Of a stretch of DNA of 64,000 nt, positions 20,803 through 28,967 are shown one piece after another. The notes below the pieces were generated by a model, which searched no databases, was not told the origin of the DNA, and saw only the letters and a list, made by a program, of their open reading frames with translations. The position numbers and the translations under genes were made by a program. The stretch's first letter is position 1. Each line of letters opens with the position of its first letter. This DNA comes from a virus (lineage: Duplodnaviria; Caudoviricetes). The DNA lies in IMG/VR virus record IMGVR_UViG_2700988815_000001, positions 34,288 through 98,287 of that record. The stretch is one strand, 5' to 3'.

Positions 20803-22278
20803 ATGGCAAACATTACAAAACCAATTGGCCTGAGCAATGTTTGGGCTGATGGTGGTACGAAGATTGATCCGGGTGCCTCTAAGGTTAACATCGGGTGGGT
20901 TGTTCAGCTTCCACCATACGAATATCAAAACTGGATTGACAACCGTCAAGATCGTGCCATTGCTCACTTTAGTCAGCATGGTGTTCCAGAGTGGGATGGT
21001 GTTACAGAGTACCAAGGACTTCTGAGCTACGCTCAAGGCTCCGACGGTATCATCTACAAGTGCATCCAAACCAACGTAAACAAAGACCCAGCCAACCCTT
21101 TGAACGATGCCTTCTGGGCACGTGCGTTTGAAGACTATGGCTCTGTTGCTGCTGTACAGGCACAGTTGAACGACCACATCACAAACTACCAGTCTCTGTC
21201 TGGAATTGGTAACGTTGCTGGCGCCCGAGCTAACTTGTCTGTCTACTCTAAAGTTGAAAGCGATGTAAGATTCGCTGGCTTGAACGGTAACTCTGCTCAA
21301 GTGTTTGCTGTTGCTGTTGCAACACAACCAGAACATGCTGTACGTTTGGGGCAAGTTAATAGCTTGCTGACACAGGCTACAGAAGCAAACCTTGGTGTTG
21401 TTCGTCTTGCAACCAGCGGTGTAACAGAAGCTGGCACAGACGACCTAAGAGCCATCACTCCATTGAAGGCAGCTACAGTCTACCTCAAGAAGAGCGGAAA
21501 CCTAGCTGGACTTGGAAACACTGTTACAGCTCGAAACAACCTTGGACTTGGTGATATCGCAACTGAGAGTCAAGCGTCCTACGCTAAGACTGCAAACAAC
21601 CTGAGCGACCTTGCAAGTGTTGTATCGGCTCGTAGTAACCTTGGACTAACATCCACTGCTACTCAGCCTGAAACATACTTCCTGAGAACTGCTCTAAACC
21701 TTGCCGACCTCACAAACACTGTTACTGCAAGAGCAAACCTTGGACTAACATCTTTGGCTAACACTCCTGCTGCTGACGTTCTCCACAGAGCTGACAACTT
21801 GCAGGGGCTGCCTAACGTCGCTCTCGCACGTTCCAACCTTGGACTGTCTGACTCTGTTATCTACCCAAGCAACACTTGGCTGGTGAGAGTTAACAACCTG
21901 TCTGATCTGCCTAACGCACAAGCTGCACGTAACAACTTGGGACTTGGTAACTTGTCCACACGTAACGTGTTCGGTGTACCGGGTGACTTGGACTTCACAA
22001 TCTCCAAAACTTCTGGTGGATACACAAATCTACCTAACGGTTTGATTATGCAGTGGGGCCAAGGCCCAGCTCTGGGAGACGACCAAGGAACAACAGTTGG
22101 ATTGTTTGTGGCGATGAACGTTGTATCTGTGCAAGTTACAGGTATCGGTGCCGCAACTAACGGTATTGGGCCGGGGTTCTTGACTCAAGGCTGGACAACC
22201 ACAAGCTTCCAAGTTTACAACAACTACAACAGTGGGCCTTCTCGTCCATTCAGTTGGCTAGCAATCGGGTACGTTTAA
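20803..22278 (+). CDS. Tail fibre protein 2
   Basis: N-terminus paralogous to fibre 1; ~33-aa NLxDL...ARxNLGL repeats; LPNGLIMQWG tip domain. Confidence 0.85.
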   Translation: MANITKPIGLSNVWADGGTKIDPGASKVNIGWVVQLPPYEYQNWIDNRQDRAIAHFSQHGVPEWDGVTEYQGLLSYAQGSDGIIYKCIQTNVNKDPANPLNDAFWARAFEDYGSVAAVQAQLNDHITNYQSLSGIGNVAGARANLSVYSKVESDVRFAGLNGNSAQVFAVAVATQPEHAVRLGQVNSLLTQATEANLGVVRLATSGVTEAGTDDLRAITPLKAATVYLKKSGNLAGLGNTVTARNNLGLGDIATESQASYAKTANNLSDLASVVSARSNLGLTSTATQPETYFLRTALNLADLTNTVTARANLGLTSLANTPAADVLHRADNLQGLPNVALARSNLGLSDSVIYPSNTWLVRVNNLSDLPNAQAARNNLGLGNLSTRNVFGVPGDLDFTISKTSGGYTNLPNGLIMQWGQGPALGDDQGTTVGLFVAMNVVSVQVTGIGAATNGIGPGFLTQGWTTTSFQVYNNYNSGPSRPFSWLAIGYV

Positions 22279-22279
22279 T

Positions 22280-22837
22280 ATGTTGACAGAAATTGACTAC
22301 AAACAAGCCGCTGCACTTCTGGGTGTAGAGCCTGCATGTGTCAAAGCTGTCACTAAGGTGGAGAGCCGTGGAAGCGGCTTTCTTCCCTCTGGTGAACCTG
22401 TTATTCTCTTTGAACGTCATTGGATGTACAAACTTCTGAAAGCTAAGACTGGCAAAGAACCAGAGCTTAACGAAGTGTGCAACCCAAAGGCTGGAGGATA
22501 TCAAGGTGGTGCGGCTGAACATATCAGACTCAACACTGCTGTGATGATTGATCGTGAATGTGCATTGCAAAGTGCTTCTTGGGGGTTGTTCCAGATCATG
22601 GGATTCCACTGGAAGGCTCTTGGCTTTGAAAGCGTCCAACAGTTCATCAACGCACAATACAAGAGTGAAGCAACCCAGCTAGATACATTCGTGAGATTCT
22701 TGAAGATTAATCCGGGCATGTTGACAGCACTCAGAACGAAAGACTGGGCGAAGTTTGCTAAGCTGTATAATGGCCCTAACTATGCCATTAACAAATACGA
22801 TACGAAACTGGCTGCTGCCTACGCAAGTTTCATTTAA
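22280..22837 (+). CDS. Endolysin, N-acetylmuramidase (DUF3380-like)
   Basis: VESRGSGF, ILFERH, SWGLFQIMGF and YNGP motifs. Confidence 0.9.
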   Translation: MLTEIDYKQAAALLGVEPACVKAVTKVESRGSGFLPSGEPVILFERHWMYKLLKAKTGKEPELNEVCNPKAGGYQGGAAEHIRLNTAVMIDRECALQSASWGLFQIMGFHWKALGFESVQQFINAQYKSEATQLDTFVRFLKINPGMLTALRTKDWAKFAKLYNGPNYAINKYDTKLAAAYASFI

Positions 22838-22852
22838 TAGACGGAGGTTGAC

Positions 22853-23056
22853 ATGGCTAAAAAGAAACACATAACTCTCGGAGTTGTTGCTGCAATCTTT
22901 CTTGCAGCGGAACCCTTGATGATGTTGTGGCAACCTCTTCTCCCACAAGGAAGTTACGCAGGGATTGCAACATTCGTTGCTGTTGTAAGAGCCGGTTTGG
23001 TTTACTACACGACAGCGGAGAAGGAAGAAGGAGAAGAAGATGCTGACAACAATTAA
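22853..23056 (+). CDS. Putative holin
   Basis: 67 aa, two hydrophobic segments, charged C-terminus, between endolysin and spanins. Confidence 0.6.
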   Translation: MAKKKHITLGVVAAIFLAAEPLMMLWQPLLPQGSYAGIATFVAVVRAGLVYYTTAEKEEGEEDADNN

Positions 23057-23462
23057 GACATACCTAGCAGTAGGTGTGATTGTGCTGACATTGATGTTAG
23101 CTGGATACTCGTACAAGCTACATGGAGACGTTCAGAGACTGGAGCGGGAAGTGGCGATGTACGCTGCTGCGGCGGAAGCCAACAAGAAAGAAGCAGAAGA
23201 TGCAAAATCCTCCTGCCTAATCACTGTTGACCTTCTTAACCAGCACTACCGCGATGAGATTGCACTCAGCAAGGCCCAGCAAGAGGCTGGAGACGCGATC
23301 AACTCTCTACCCACCCTGACTATCAAGGAGAACGCTAATGCAGCTCCTACGAAGCCTAAAGGCTTTTCTGATGATGACCGTCTTAGTCCTGACCTTATGC
23401 AGTTGCTCGACAGAGCGTACTGTGACGGTGACAAAGACAGTTGTTCTCCACCCGCCAAGTGA
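23040..23462 (+). CDS. Inner-membrane spanin (Rz-like)
   Basis: N-terminal TM helix, coiled-coil periplasmic part with Cys residues. Confidence 0.75.
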   Translation: MLTTIKTYLAVGVIVLTLMLAGYSYKLHGDVQRLEREVAMYAAAAEANKKEAEDAKSSCLITVDLLNQHYRDEIALSKAQQEAGDAINSLPTLTIKENANAAPTKPKGFSDDDRLSPDLMQLLDRAYCDGDKDSCSPPAK

Positions 23463-23628
23463 ATTCCTCACTCTGTGCAACCCAGAACGTGTACAGGAAG
23501 ACACTGTTCGTGCATTGGCTCACGCCTATGTGACCAACACTTATGAAGTATGGAAGTGCAACAATCGAATTCAGTCTTACACGGACTGGCTAAAACAGCA
23601 GGAGAAGATTTATGGCAACAGCAACTAA
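23371..23628 (+). CDS. Outer-membrane spanin lipoprotein (Rz1-like)
   Basis: Overlaps the i-spanin 3' end in another frame; hydrophobic leader ending LCSC (lipobox-like); Pro-Pro and Cys residues. Confidence 0.75.
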   Translation: MMTVLVLTLCSCSTERTVTVTKTVVLHPPSEFLTLCNPERVQEDTVRALAHAYVTNTYEVWKCNNRIQSYTDWLKQQEKIYGNSN

Positions 23629-23911
23629 CGATATGGTGAAGGCTGTACTCAATTATGTAGCAGGGGCATTGCTCATGGTATGTGTTGGTGTAGTTGGCTA
23701 CCAACAATCTCAAATTAATAAACTAGACGACCGACTGTACACGCTACAAGCGACAACAGTTACTGAGGATAAGCTTAATTCGGCTATCAACAGATTGTCT
23801 TCTGAAATGGATACTAAGATCACAAGTCTACGTAGTGAGCAACAAATCACTAACAAGTATCTGGAACGTGTAATGGACAAGCTTGAGGATCGTAAATCTA
23901 AAGCTGATTAA
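23612..23911 (+). CDS. Hypothetical membrane-anchored coiled-coil protein
   Basis: One N-terminal TM segment, RBS GGAG. Confidence 0.55.
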   Translation: MATATNDMVKAVLNYVAGALLMVCVGVVGYQQSQINKLDDRLYTLQATTVTEDKLNSAINRLSSEMDTKITSLRSEQQITNKYLERVMDKLEDRKSKAD

Positions 23912-23926
23912 GAGAAGGTATATGAC

Positions 23927-24253
23927 ATGACAAGGAAAACAGACTGGCCTCTAATTACTGCCGTTGGAAGTCTTCTGGCAGCTCTCCTTGTTTGCATTTG
24001 TCTACTGGCCTTCCCCGCATATAATAATAAAACAGGTCAACTAGAGTTAGAAGTAGCCAAACAAGACTACCAGAGACAACTCTCGGCTATTGACAGGAAG
24101 TACGAGTCAAAGATTAACAACTTGCAGGAACAACTCAGTGCGTTGCAGTTTATCAGCAACAAGAAAACTGACCTGCTAGATGACGACGTAAAAAGGAATA
24201 GACGTGAAATTGATGACCTTAGAGAAAGAGTAAAGCCCCGCTCACGTGGTTAG
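23927..24253 (+). CDS. Hypothetical membrane-anchored coiled-coil protein
   Basis: One N-terminal TM segment; last gene before a bidirectional terminator. Confidence 0.55.
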   Translation: MTRKTDWPLITAVGSLLAALLVCICLLAFPAYNNKTGQLELEVAKQDYQRQLSAIDRKYESKINNLQEQLSALQFISNKKTDLLDDDVKRNRREIDDLRERVKPRSRG

Positions 24254-24266
24254 TGGCGGGGTTTTT
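24232..24266. terminator. Bidirectional terminator between late operon and minus-strand island
   Basis: AAAGCCCCGC...GCGGGGTTTTT. Confidence 0.75.
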
Positions 24267-24279
24267 GTTTGCCTGCGAT

Positions 24280-24468
24280 TTAACGCCAGCGTTCTACAGT
24301 GGTCTTCACGTTGCAAACTGGACAATGGATACGATAGATTGTATCACCGCAACCAGTATAGTCACGCACATACTCTTCATCAATGTCAGCATAGTGATAC
24401 TCAAGCACGCTACCGCAGTTACGGCAAGTGCAACGCTTACCGGGCGCACGTTGGACAACCTCAACCAT
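24280..24468 (-). CDS. Zinc-ribbon protein (62 aa)
   Basis: CRNC...CPVC; ATG overlaps the upstream gene stop (ATGGTTGA). Confidence 0.65.
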   Translation of the reverse strand: MVEVVQRAPGKRCTCRNCGSVLEYHYADIDEEYVRDYTGCGDTIYRIHCPVCNVKTTVERWR

Positions 24469-24604
24469 TGGCGTGTACCAGACGATTGAAGACAGCTCGA
24501 CAGTGGCTGCACTCCACACGTGCGGTATACGTCAGCGAGAGTTCAATCAGCTTACCAGACTTACAACGAGTGCAAGTGGTGTTCAACAGGTCTTTCAAAA
24601 TCAT
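24461..24604 (-). CDS. Zinc-ribbon protein (47 aa, below ORF-track cutoff)
   Basis: MILKDLLNTTCTRCKSGKLIELSLTYTARVECSHCRAVFNRLVHANG; RBS GGAGG. Confidence 0.65.
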   Translation of the reverse strand: MILKDLLNTTCTRCKSGKLIELSLTYTARVECSHCRAVFNRLVHANG

Positions 24605-24623
24605 AATGGATTTCCTCCAGTCG

Positions 24624-24650
24624 AAAAGAAGCCCCCGTTAACGGGGGCTT
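24624..24650 (-). terminator. Rho-independent terminator (minus strand)
   Basis: AAGCCCCCG-TTAA-CGGGGGCTT with U-tract on the minus strand. Confidence 0.7.
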
Positions 24651-24657
24651 GTAATTG

Positions 24658-25011
24658 TTAACCGCGAGCGGACAGAGCAGCCATCAGCTTCATCAAGAGC
24701 ATTTCCTCTGGGGTAGCGTTCTTCATGAATGCTTCTGTGATCTTCTCTTGGTCAGAAACCAGATTAGAAGTCACTTGACGGATGGCAGCTAGGCCACGAT
24801 CAACTTCGAATGTGTCGCCCTTCTGAGATTGCTCTGCGGTGATGCTTACAGCTTTGTCAACCATTTCAGTGACAGCCATCACTTCGGCCAGCGATTTTGC
24901 CAGATCACCAACCAGAGTTGCCAGTTGTTCATCTTGAACATCCAGCTCGTTCAGACGGTCAGAAACAGCGAGGCCAGCGAGAACAGCAGTAGCGATAGTA
25001 ACTTTAGACAT
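24658..25011 (-). CDS. Hypothetical helical protein
   Basis: RBS AAAGGAG; own promoter TTGACA...TAGACT upstream on minus strand. Confidence 0.7.
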   Translation of the reverse strand: MSKVTIATAVLAGLAVSDRLNELDVQDEQLATLVGDLAKSLAEVMAVTEMVDKAVSITAEQSQKGDTFEVDRGLAAIRQVTSNLVSDQEKITEAFMKNATPEEMLLMKLMAALSARG

Positions 25012-25076
25012 TTTTGAATCTCCTTTGTTGTGTTTGATGTGGTGAAGTCTACAGCATTTCAGAACCTTGTCAACAA

Positions 25077-25469
25077 CTATTTTGTATTCATTCCGCCGTA
25101 CACGATTGGGATGCCTCCGCTGATGCGTGTACGTTGCACATAAGACGTGAACCGCTCAGAACGACTCTGCCTTGCATTGATACCGCCAACTGTTGTGGGA
25201 GCAAGCCTGATCGGGTTCATGCCACGATCTTGCAGACAGCTACGTGTCACTTGACGGAATGGAAGCTCCAGTCCCTTGAACTGTTTGAGGCAGTTGGAAC
25301 ACTCAATCTTGCCAGTGTTCAGGCTGACGGTCTTTAGCGTGCATGCACATGTACGGCAGCCAAGCTTACCCTTGAAGTGGCGGATCGCAATACGTTCCTT
25401 CTTCTTGAGCTTGCACACAGCTCCAACGTCCAGTGTAGGCAGTGCATCTATATAGGCTTGATCGTACAT
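25077..25469 (-). CDS. Hypothetical Cys-rich (Zn-finger-like) basic protein
   Basis: CRTC...CSNC; RBS GAGG; minus-strand promoter at 25500-25527. Confidence 0.6.
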   Translation of the reverse strand: MYDQAYIDALPTLDVGAVCKLKKKERIAIRHFKGKLGCRTCACTLKTVSLNTGKIECSNCLKQFKGLELPFRQVTRSCLQDRGMNPIRLAPTTVGGINARQSRSERFTSYVQRTRISGGIPIVYGGMNTK

Positions 25470-25499
25470 CGTGGTGTCCTCGTTTGTTTGTGTTGGCTC

Positions 25500-25559
25500 A
25501 TCTTATACGAAAACTGAATCGAGTCAAGCCCTTGACAGCAGATTTATTCATGATACCAT
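25500..25559. promoter_or_regulatory. Back-to-back divergent sigma70-type promoters
   Basis: Minus: TTGACT(25527-22)-N16-TAAGAT; plus: TTGACA(25532-37)-N16-TACCAT with extended TG. Confidence 0.7.
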
Positions 25560-25564
25560 TCGTC

Positions 25565-25865
25565 ACGTCGTAGGGGAGATATGTCGAACACACTCACCGA
25601 CCTACGGGAACACGCCCTATGAAGAGGAAGCCACAGGGGCAGGTGAACTTGAACTGGATTATACCGTGGCGGCGACCTCTTAGGAGGGAATGATCTGGGC
25701 CTGTGACTGATGAACTCAGCAGCACATGAAAGGTAGAGTAGAGGTTGATCGAGGCAGGTAGTTCCTGTATGATCAGCCTTGGGACAACTTTACCTGATCT
25801 CTCCGAATCTAGCAGCACAGTGAAGATCAAAAGCATAACAGCAACAACATCTAGATCAAAAGCTT
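25565..25865 (+). ncRNA. Candidate structured non-coding RNA / long leader
   Basis: About 300 nt with no convincing CDS; nested stems such as AGGTAGAGT/ACTTTACCT, GAGGTTGATC/GATCAGCCTT and AAGAGG/CCTCTT. Confidence 0.55.
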
Positions 25866-25878
25866 ATAAGGAGGTGGT

Positions 25879-26187
25879 ATGTGTATTGTAGTGAACAAAT
25901 ACAAAGTGAATATGGATGATCCTGATATTGTGTACATAGGTCGCGGGAGCAAATGGGGTAATCCGTACAGCCACAAAGACGGAACTCGGGCACAATACCG
26001 TGTGTCAACCGTTCATCAGGCGATTATGGAATATCGCAAGTACCTTTGGTCGCAAATCTCTGATGGGTTTATCACACTGGAAATGCTGAAAGAGCTTGAC
26101 GGAAAACGCCTCGCCTGTTATTGTACTCCCAATCCCTGTCATGGGAACATTATCAAACAAGCAGTCCAATGGGCTAAGGGGCAATGA
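25879..26187 (+). CDS. DUF4326-like protein
   Basis: VYIGRGSKWGNPY and L.GKRLACYC.P.PCHG motifs. Confidence 0.85.
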   Translation: MCIVVNKYKVNMDDPDIVYIGRGSKWGNPYSHKDGTRAQYRVSTVHQAIMEYRKYLWSQISDGFITLEMLKELDGKRLACYCTPNPCHGNIIKQAVQWAKGQ

Positions 26188-26816
26188 TGAGTCGTGTAGT
26201 AATTCTTGGTGGCGGTACATTCAATCATGTGGCTTGCCATCTGGCGTTGGCCGCTCCAGCCTTTGGTGGGACAGCCAAGCAACTCAACAAGATGTTCGCT
26301 GATAACGGCACGCTTGAGCCTTACCTCGCCCTGACGAAGATGGCAGACCCTGCCAGTCATATGATCACTAACGATCACGTTGCTCATTTCATTGAGCTGG
26401 CCCTTGGGGACGAAGACGTTAAGGCCATCATCATGAACGCAGCCATCTGTGATTTTGAAATGGATAACCCCAGCGAGGCTTCTCGCCTGTCCAGTTCTCA
26501 GGACTATCAGGTGACGCTGCGAGGGATCAACACTAAGATCATGGCTTCCATCAAACAGAAGCGTCCAGATATCATCGTGGCTGGCTTCAAGACCACACAC
26601 GGTGCAAGCAAGGTCGAGCAGGTGGCTAAAGCCTTCTCATCTATGCACAACTCGGGGCTTGACATGGTGTTGGCAAATGATGTAGAGACACGAAACAATA
26701 TCCTTGTTACAAAGGATTTGACAATACAGACTGGCAGCCGTGAGTTTCTGCTTGACCAGTTGATGTGTACTACTGTAATCTACTACAACATGAAGCAATG
26801 GAATCTTGAAGAATGA
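26184..26816 (+). CDS. CoaB-like (phosphopantothenate-cysteine ligase / DFP C-terminal fold) protein
   Basis: GGGT, NAAICDF, VAGFKTT and DMVLAND correspond to CoaB motifs (AAVxDY, VGFxxE, DxxxAND). Confidence 0.65.
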   Translation: MMSRVVILGGGTFNHVACHLALAAPAFGGTAKQLNKMFADNGTLEPYLALTKMADPASHMITNDHVAHFIELALGDEDVKAIIMNAAICDFEMDNPSEASRLSSSQDYQVTLRGINTKIMASIKQKRPDIIVAGFKTTHGASKVEQVAKAFSSMHNSGLDMVLANDVETRNNILVTKDLTIQTGSREFLLDQLMCTTVIYYNMKQWNLEE

Positions 26817-27028
26817 CTCACTGGCTGATCAAGACCGAGCACGGATACATGCTTGAGGATGCAGACGGACGGTTGATTGAATGGTTTGACATGGCATGCA
26901 ACTCTAAGGCATACTGCATGGAAGCCGGGATTACCCCGGTATATTTGACACAGAAGTGCCGACTGGCAGATCGTCAGGCATACAATGCCTACACAGGCAA
27001 AACATTATGGTGGGAGAACGAACAATGA
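26813..27028 (+). CDS. Hypothetical protein
   Basis: ATGA overlap with upstream gene. Confidence 0.55.
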   Translation: MTHWLIKTEHGYMLEDADGRLIEWFDMACNSKAYCMEAGITPVYLTQKCRLADRQAYNAYTGKTLWWENEQ

Positions 27029-27258
27029 CGCATGAAATGCACGCTCTGTTTATGCAGTATCCAGAGGCAATGGAAGAGCTTCAATACCAGATCGCGCGTA
27101 ATGGTTTGGAGTACGCTGACAGTTTCCGAATGGCGTTCTTTGATGACGATGCACAGGTTGAAGCCTACGATGATGCTGTCACCTGCTGTGGGAGTTTCGA
27201 CACCACCATGAAGATCAACGGAAAGCGCGTTCTCATTGGCTGCAACTACGGACACTGA
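27025..27258 (+). CDS. Hypothetical protein
   Basis: ATGA overlap, RBS GGAG; CCGSFD...IGCNYGH. Confidence 0.6.
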   Translation: MTHEMHALFMQYPEAMEELQYQIARNGLEYADSFRMAFFDDDAQVEAYDDAVTCCGSFDTTMKINGKRVLIGCNYGH

Positions 27259-27259
27259 T

Positions 27260-27475
27260 ATGAAGTTTATTGTTGGGCTTGGGTTGTGTACTGTTGCTAT
27301 GTTTGGTAGTATCTTTATGGTGCAGGCTAACCACTTCGATGATCAGAAAATGGCTTGCAAGAGAGCTGATGGTCGTGGTAGCCTAGTTGTCAGTCGAGCA
27401 ACAGGAATTCCAATTGGATATGAGTGTATGAGAATGCACTTGGTACTTAAATACAGAAATGGAGAATACAGATGA
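27260..27475 (+). CDS. Hypothetical membrane/secreted protein
   Basis: Hydrophobic N-terminus; tight packing with neighbours. Confidence 0.5.
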   Translation: MKFIVGLGLCTVAMFGSIFMVQANHFDDQKMACKRADGRGSLVVSRATGIPIGYECMRMHLVLKYRNGEYR

Positions 27476-27666
27476 ACAGAGAATTGGCTCATGCTTTCTC
27501 GCAACTGCGGGTTAGCCAACGTACTACTGTGCTGCAAGATATCAATTTGAATCTCCATCAAGCGAAGGAAGAGAGCAACAACGACTTCATGAAACGTTGC
27601 TTGGAAAAGATTGCATGTGCAGGGTTGATTCGTGAGCTGGAAGCTGCTATGCTGAGGTTTCAGTGA
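27472..27666 (+). CDS. Hypothetical protein
   Basis: RBS GGAG, ATGA overlap. Confidence 0.55.
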   Translation: MNRELAHAFSQLRVSQRTTVLQDINLNLHQAKEESNNDFMKRCLEKIACAGLIRELEAAMLRFQ

Positions 27667-27983
27667 GCGGCTGGGAACGTCAAGAGTTTTATGGCCATGA
27701 TCCAAAGATTGTGGCGTTTGACTTTGATGAGACAATCAGCGATAATGAGCCGCTGTGGCTTCAAGTGATGCTTGCTCTGGAGAAGGGTGGCTACCATGTG
27801 ATTGTCTGTACGTGGAGGACACCAACAACTTATCCAGAAGATTTGAAATTTCTTGTTGACAGGGGATTTAAAGTGTACTACACTTCCGGTCAAGCAAAAC
27901 AAGATTACATGGCTAAGCAAGGAATCAGGGTAAACATTTGGGTTGATGACAATCCATTTGCAATCCTAAATAATGCAAAATAA
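27663..27983 (+). CDS. HAD-superfamily phosphatase (capless)
   Basis: Motif I DFDETI, motif II CTWR, Lys motif III, motif IV VDD. Confidence 0.8.
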   Translation: MSGWERQEFYGHDPKIVAFDFDETISDNEPLWLQVMLALEKGGYHVIVCTWRTPTTYPEDLKFLVDRGFKVYYTSGQAKQDYMAKQGIRVNIWVDDNPFAILNNAK

Positions 27984-27986
27984 GAG

Positions 27987-28014
27987 TTGACAGACTTCAA
28001 AAGTCTGCTACAAT
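27987..28014 (+). promoter_or_regulatory. Sigma70-type promoter with a palindrome in the spacer
   Basis: TTGACA-N16-TACAAT with extended TG; CAGACTT-CAA-AAGTCTG inverted repeat at 27991-28007. Confidence 0.75.
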
Positions 28015-28043
28015 GACCAAATCAAATATCAAAGGAGAAAGAT

Positions 28044-28661
28044 ATGACACAGATTTCCGTAACTCGCGCTCTGGCAGAAGTTAAAGCACTGAACGACCGC
28101 ATCGAGAAAGCAACCCGACAGGCCACCTTCATCAGCGTCACTGTTGGTGGCAAGGTTCCTAACGGTTCTGATCTGCAAGCAACAACCAACACCATCCGAG
28201 CAAACCTGCAATCGGTTCAAGACCTGATCGCTCGTCGTCAGGCTGTGAAGGGCGCTGTTGTTCGTTCCAACGCTGTAACCGAGGTTGTCATCAACGGCGT
28301 CACCATGACCGTCGCTGAGGCTATTGAGCGTAAAGGCTCTATCGACAAAGAGCGTACCCTTCTGGCTGTCCTGCAACAACAGCTCAACCAGAACCGCGTA
28401 GCAGTTGAACGCAACAACGTCACCATGAACCAGAAGCTGGACATGATGATTCAGACTGCTGTTGGTAAGGAGCGTAAAGCTACCGAGGAAGAACTGGAAG
28501 CCATCAGCAAGCCTTACACCGCATCGAACATCACTGCTCCACTTGACCCTAACGGGCTGGAAGCTGTGATCGCCAAGCTGGAAGCAGAAATCAACGGGTT
28601 TGTATTCGAAGTTGACTTCGTTCTGTCTGAGGCAAACGCTAAGACTCTGATCGAGGCGTAA
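28044..28661 (+). CDS. Coiled-coil protein, tentatively DIP1984/DUF6847-like
   Basis: ALAEVKALNDRI, SNAVTEV...MTVAEAI and EVDFVLSEANAKT motifs recalled for this family (not searched); strong RBS AAAGGAG. Confidence 0.7.
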   Translation: MTQISVTRALAEVKALNDRIEKATRQATFISVTVGGKVPNGSDLQATTNTIRANLQSVQDLIARRQAVKGAVVRSNAVTEVVINGVTMTVAEAIERKGSIDKERTLLAVLQQQLNQNRVAVERNNVTMNQKLDMMIQTAVGKERKATEEELEAISKPYTASNITAPLDPNGLEAVIAKLEAEINGFVFEVDFVLSEANAKTLIEA

Positions 28662-28668
28662 TGTTTTA

Positions 28669-28959
28669 TTCATGCTGCGACGAATTGCCTAAATTCTCGT
28701 GACCCTTTCCTCTGGGGTATATCAGGGGAGCCTATTATAGAATGGTATTCTAACCAATCACGCCAACCAATTCTCTGGCGAGAACTAGCATTGACAACGC
28801 TTAAAGTTCAAATAGGAAAGCTGAAAAGCTTAAAGGTCAACTACTAACCTTTTAAAATTTGAAACAATACAGCTAAAAGCTTCTCCAAACCTTGGGATTA
28901 CGTTGAGACGTATAACGAGACGGACGCTGGCAATGCACCCGAGCTGTCGTTAGCATGAA
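28669..28959 (+). ncRNA. Candidate structured ncRNA with an internal 7-nt repeat array
   Basis: Ends pair (TTCATGCTGCGAC / GTCGTTAGCATGAA); internal hairpins; twelve ~7-nt AA-led units at 28796-28882; no ORF; terminator follows. Confidence 0.7.
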
Positions 28960-28967
28960 AACCAATT

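Noticed and set aside
17889-22278. Diversity-generating retroelement or invertible fibre cassette
   Set aside because: No reverse transcriptase, invertase or template/variable repeat pair seen
25700-25800. Hammerhead ribozyme (CTGATGA...GAAA followed by a long stem)
   Set aside because: No stem II between the core motifs, the cleavage triplet would be CUG (not NUH), and stem I cannot form; CTGA pairs with TCAG in a local hairpin instead
28796-28882. CRISPR or TIGR-type guide array
   Set aside because: Units are 7 nt and degenerate with no unique spacers or box C/D-like motifs; no Cas or Nop-domain gene is seen
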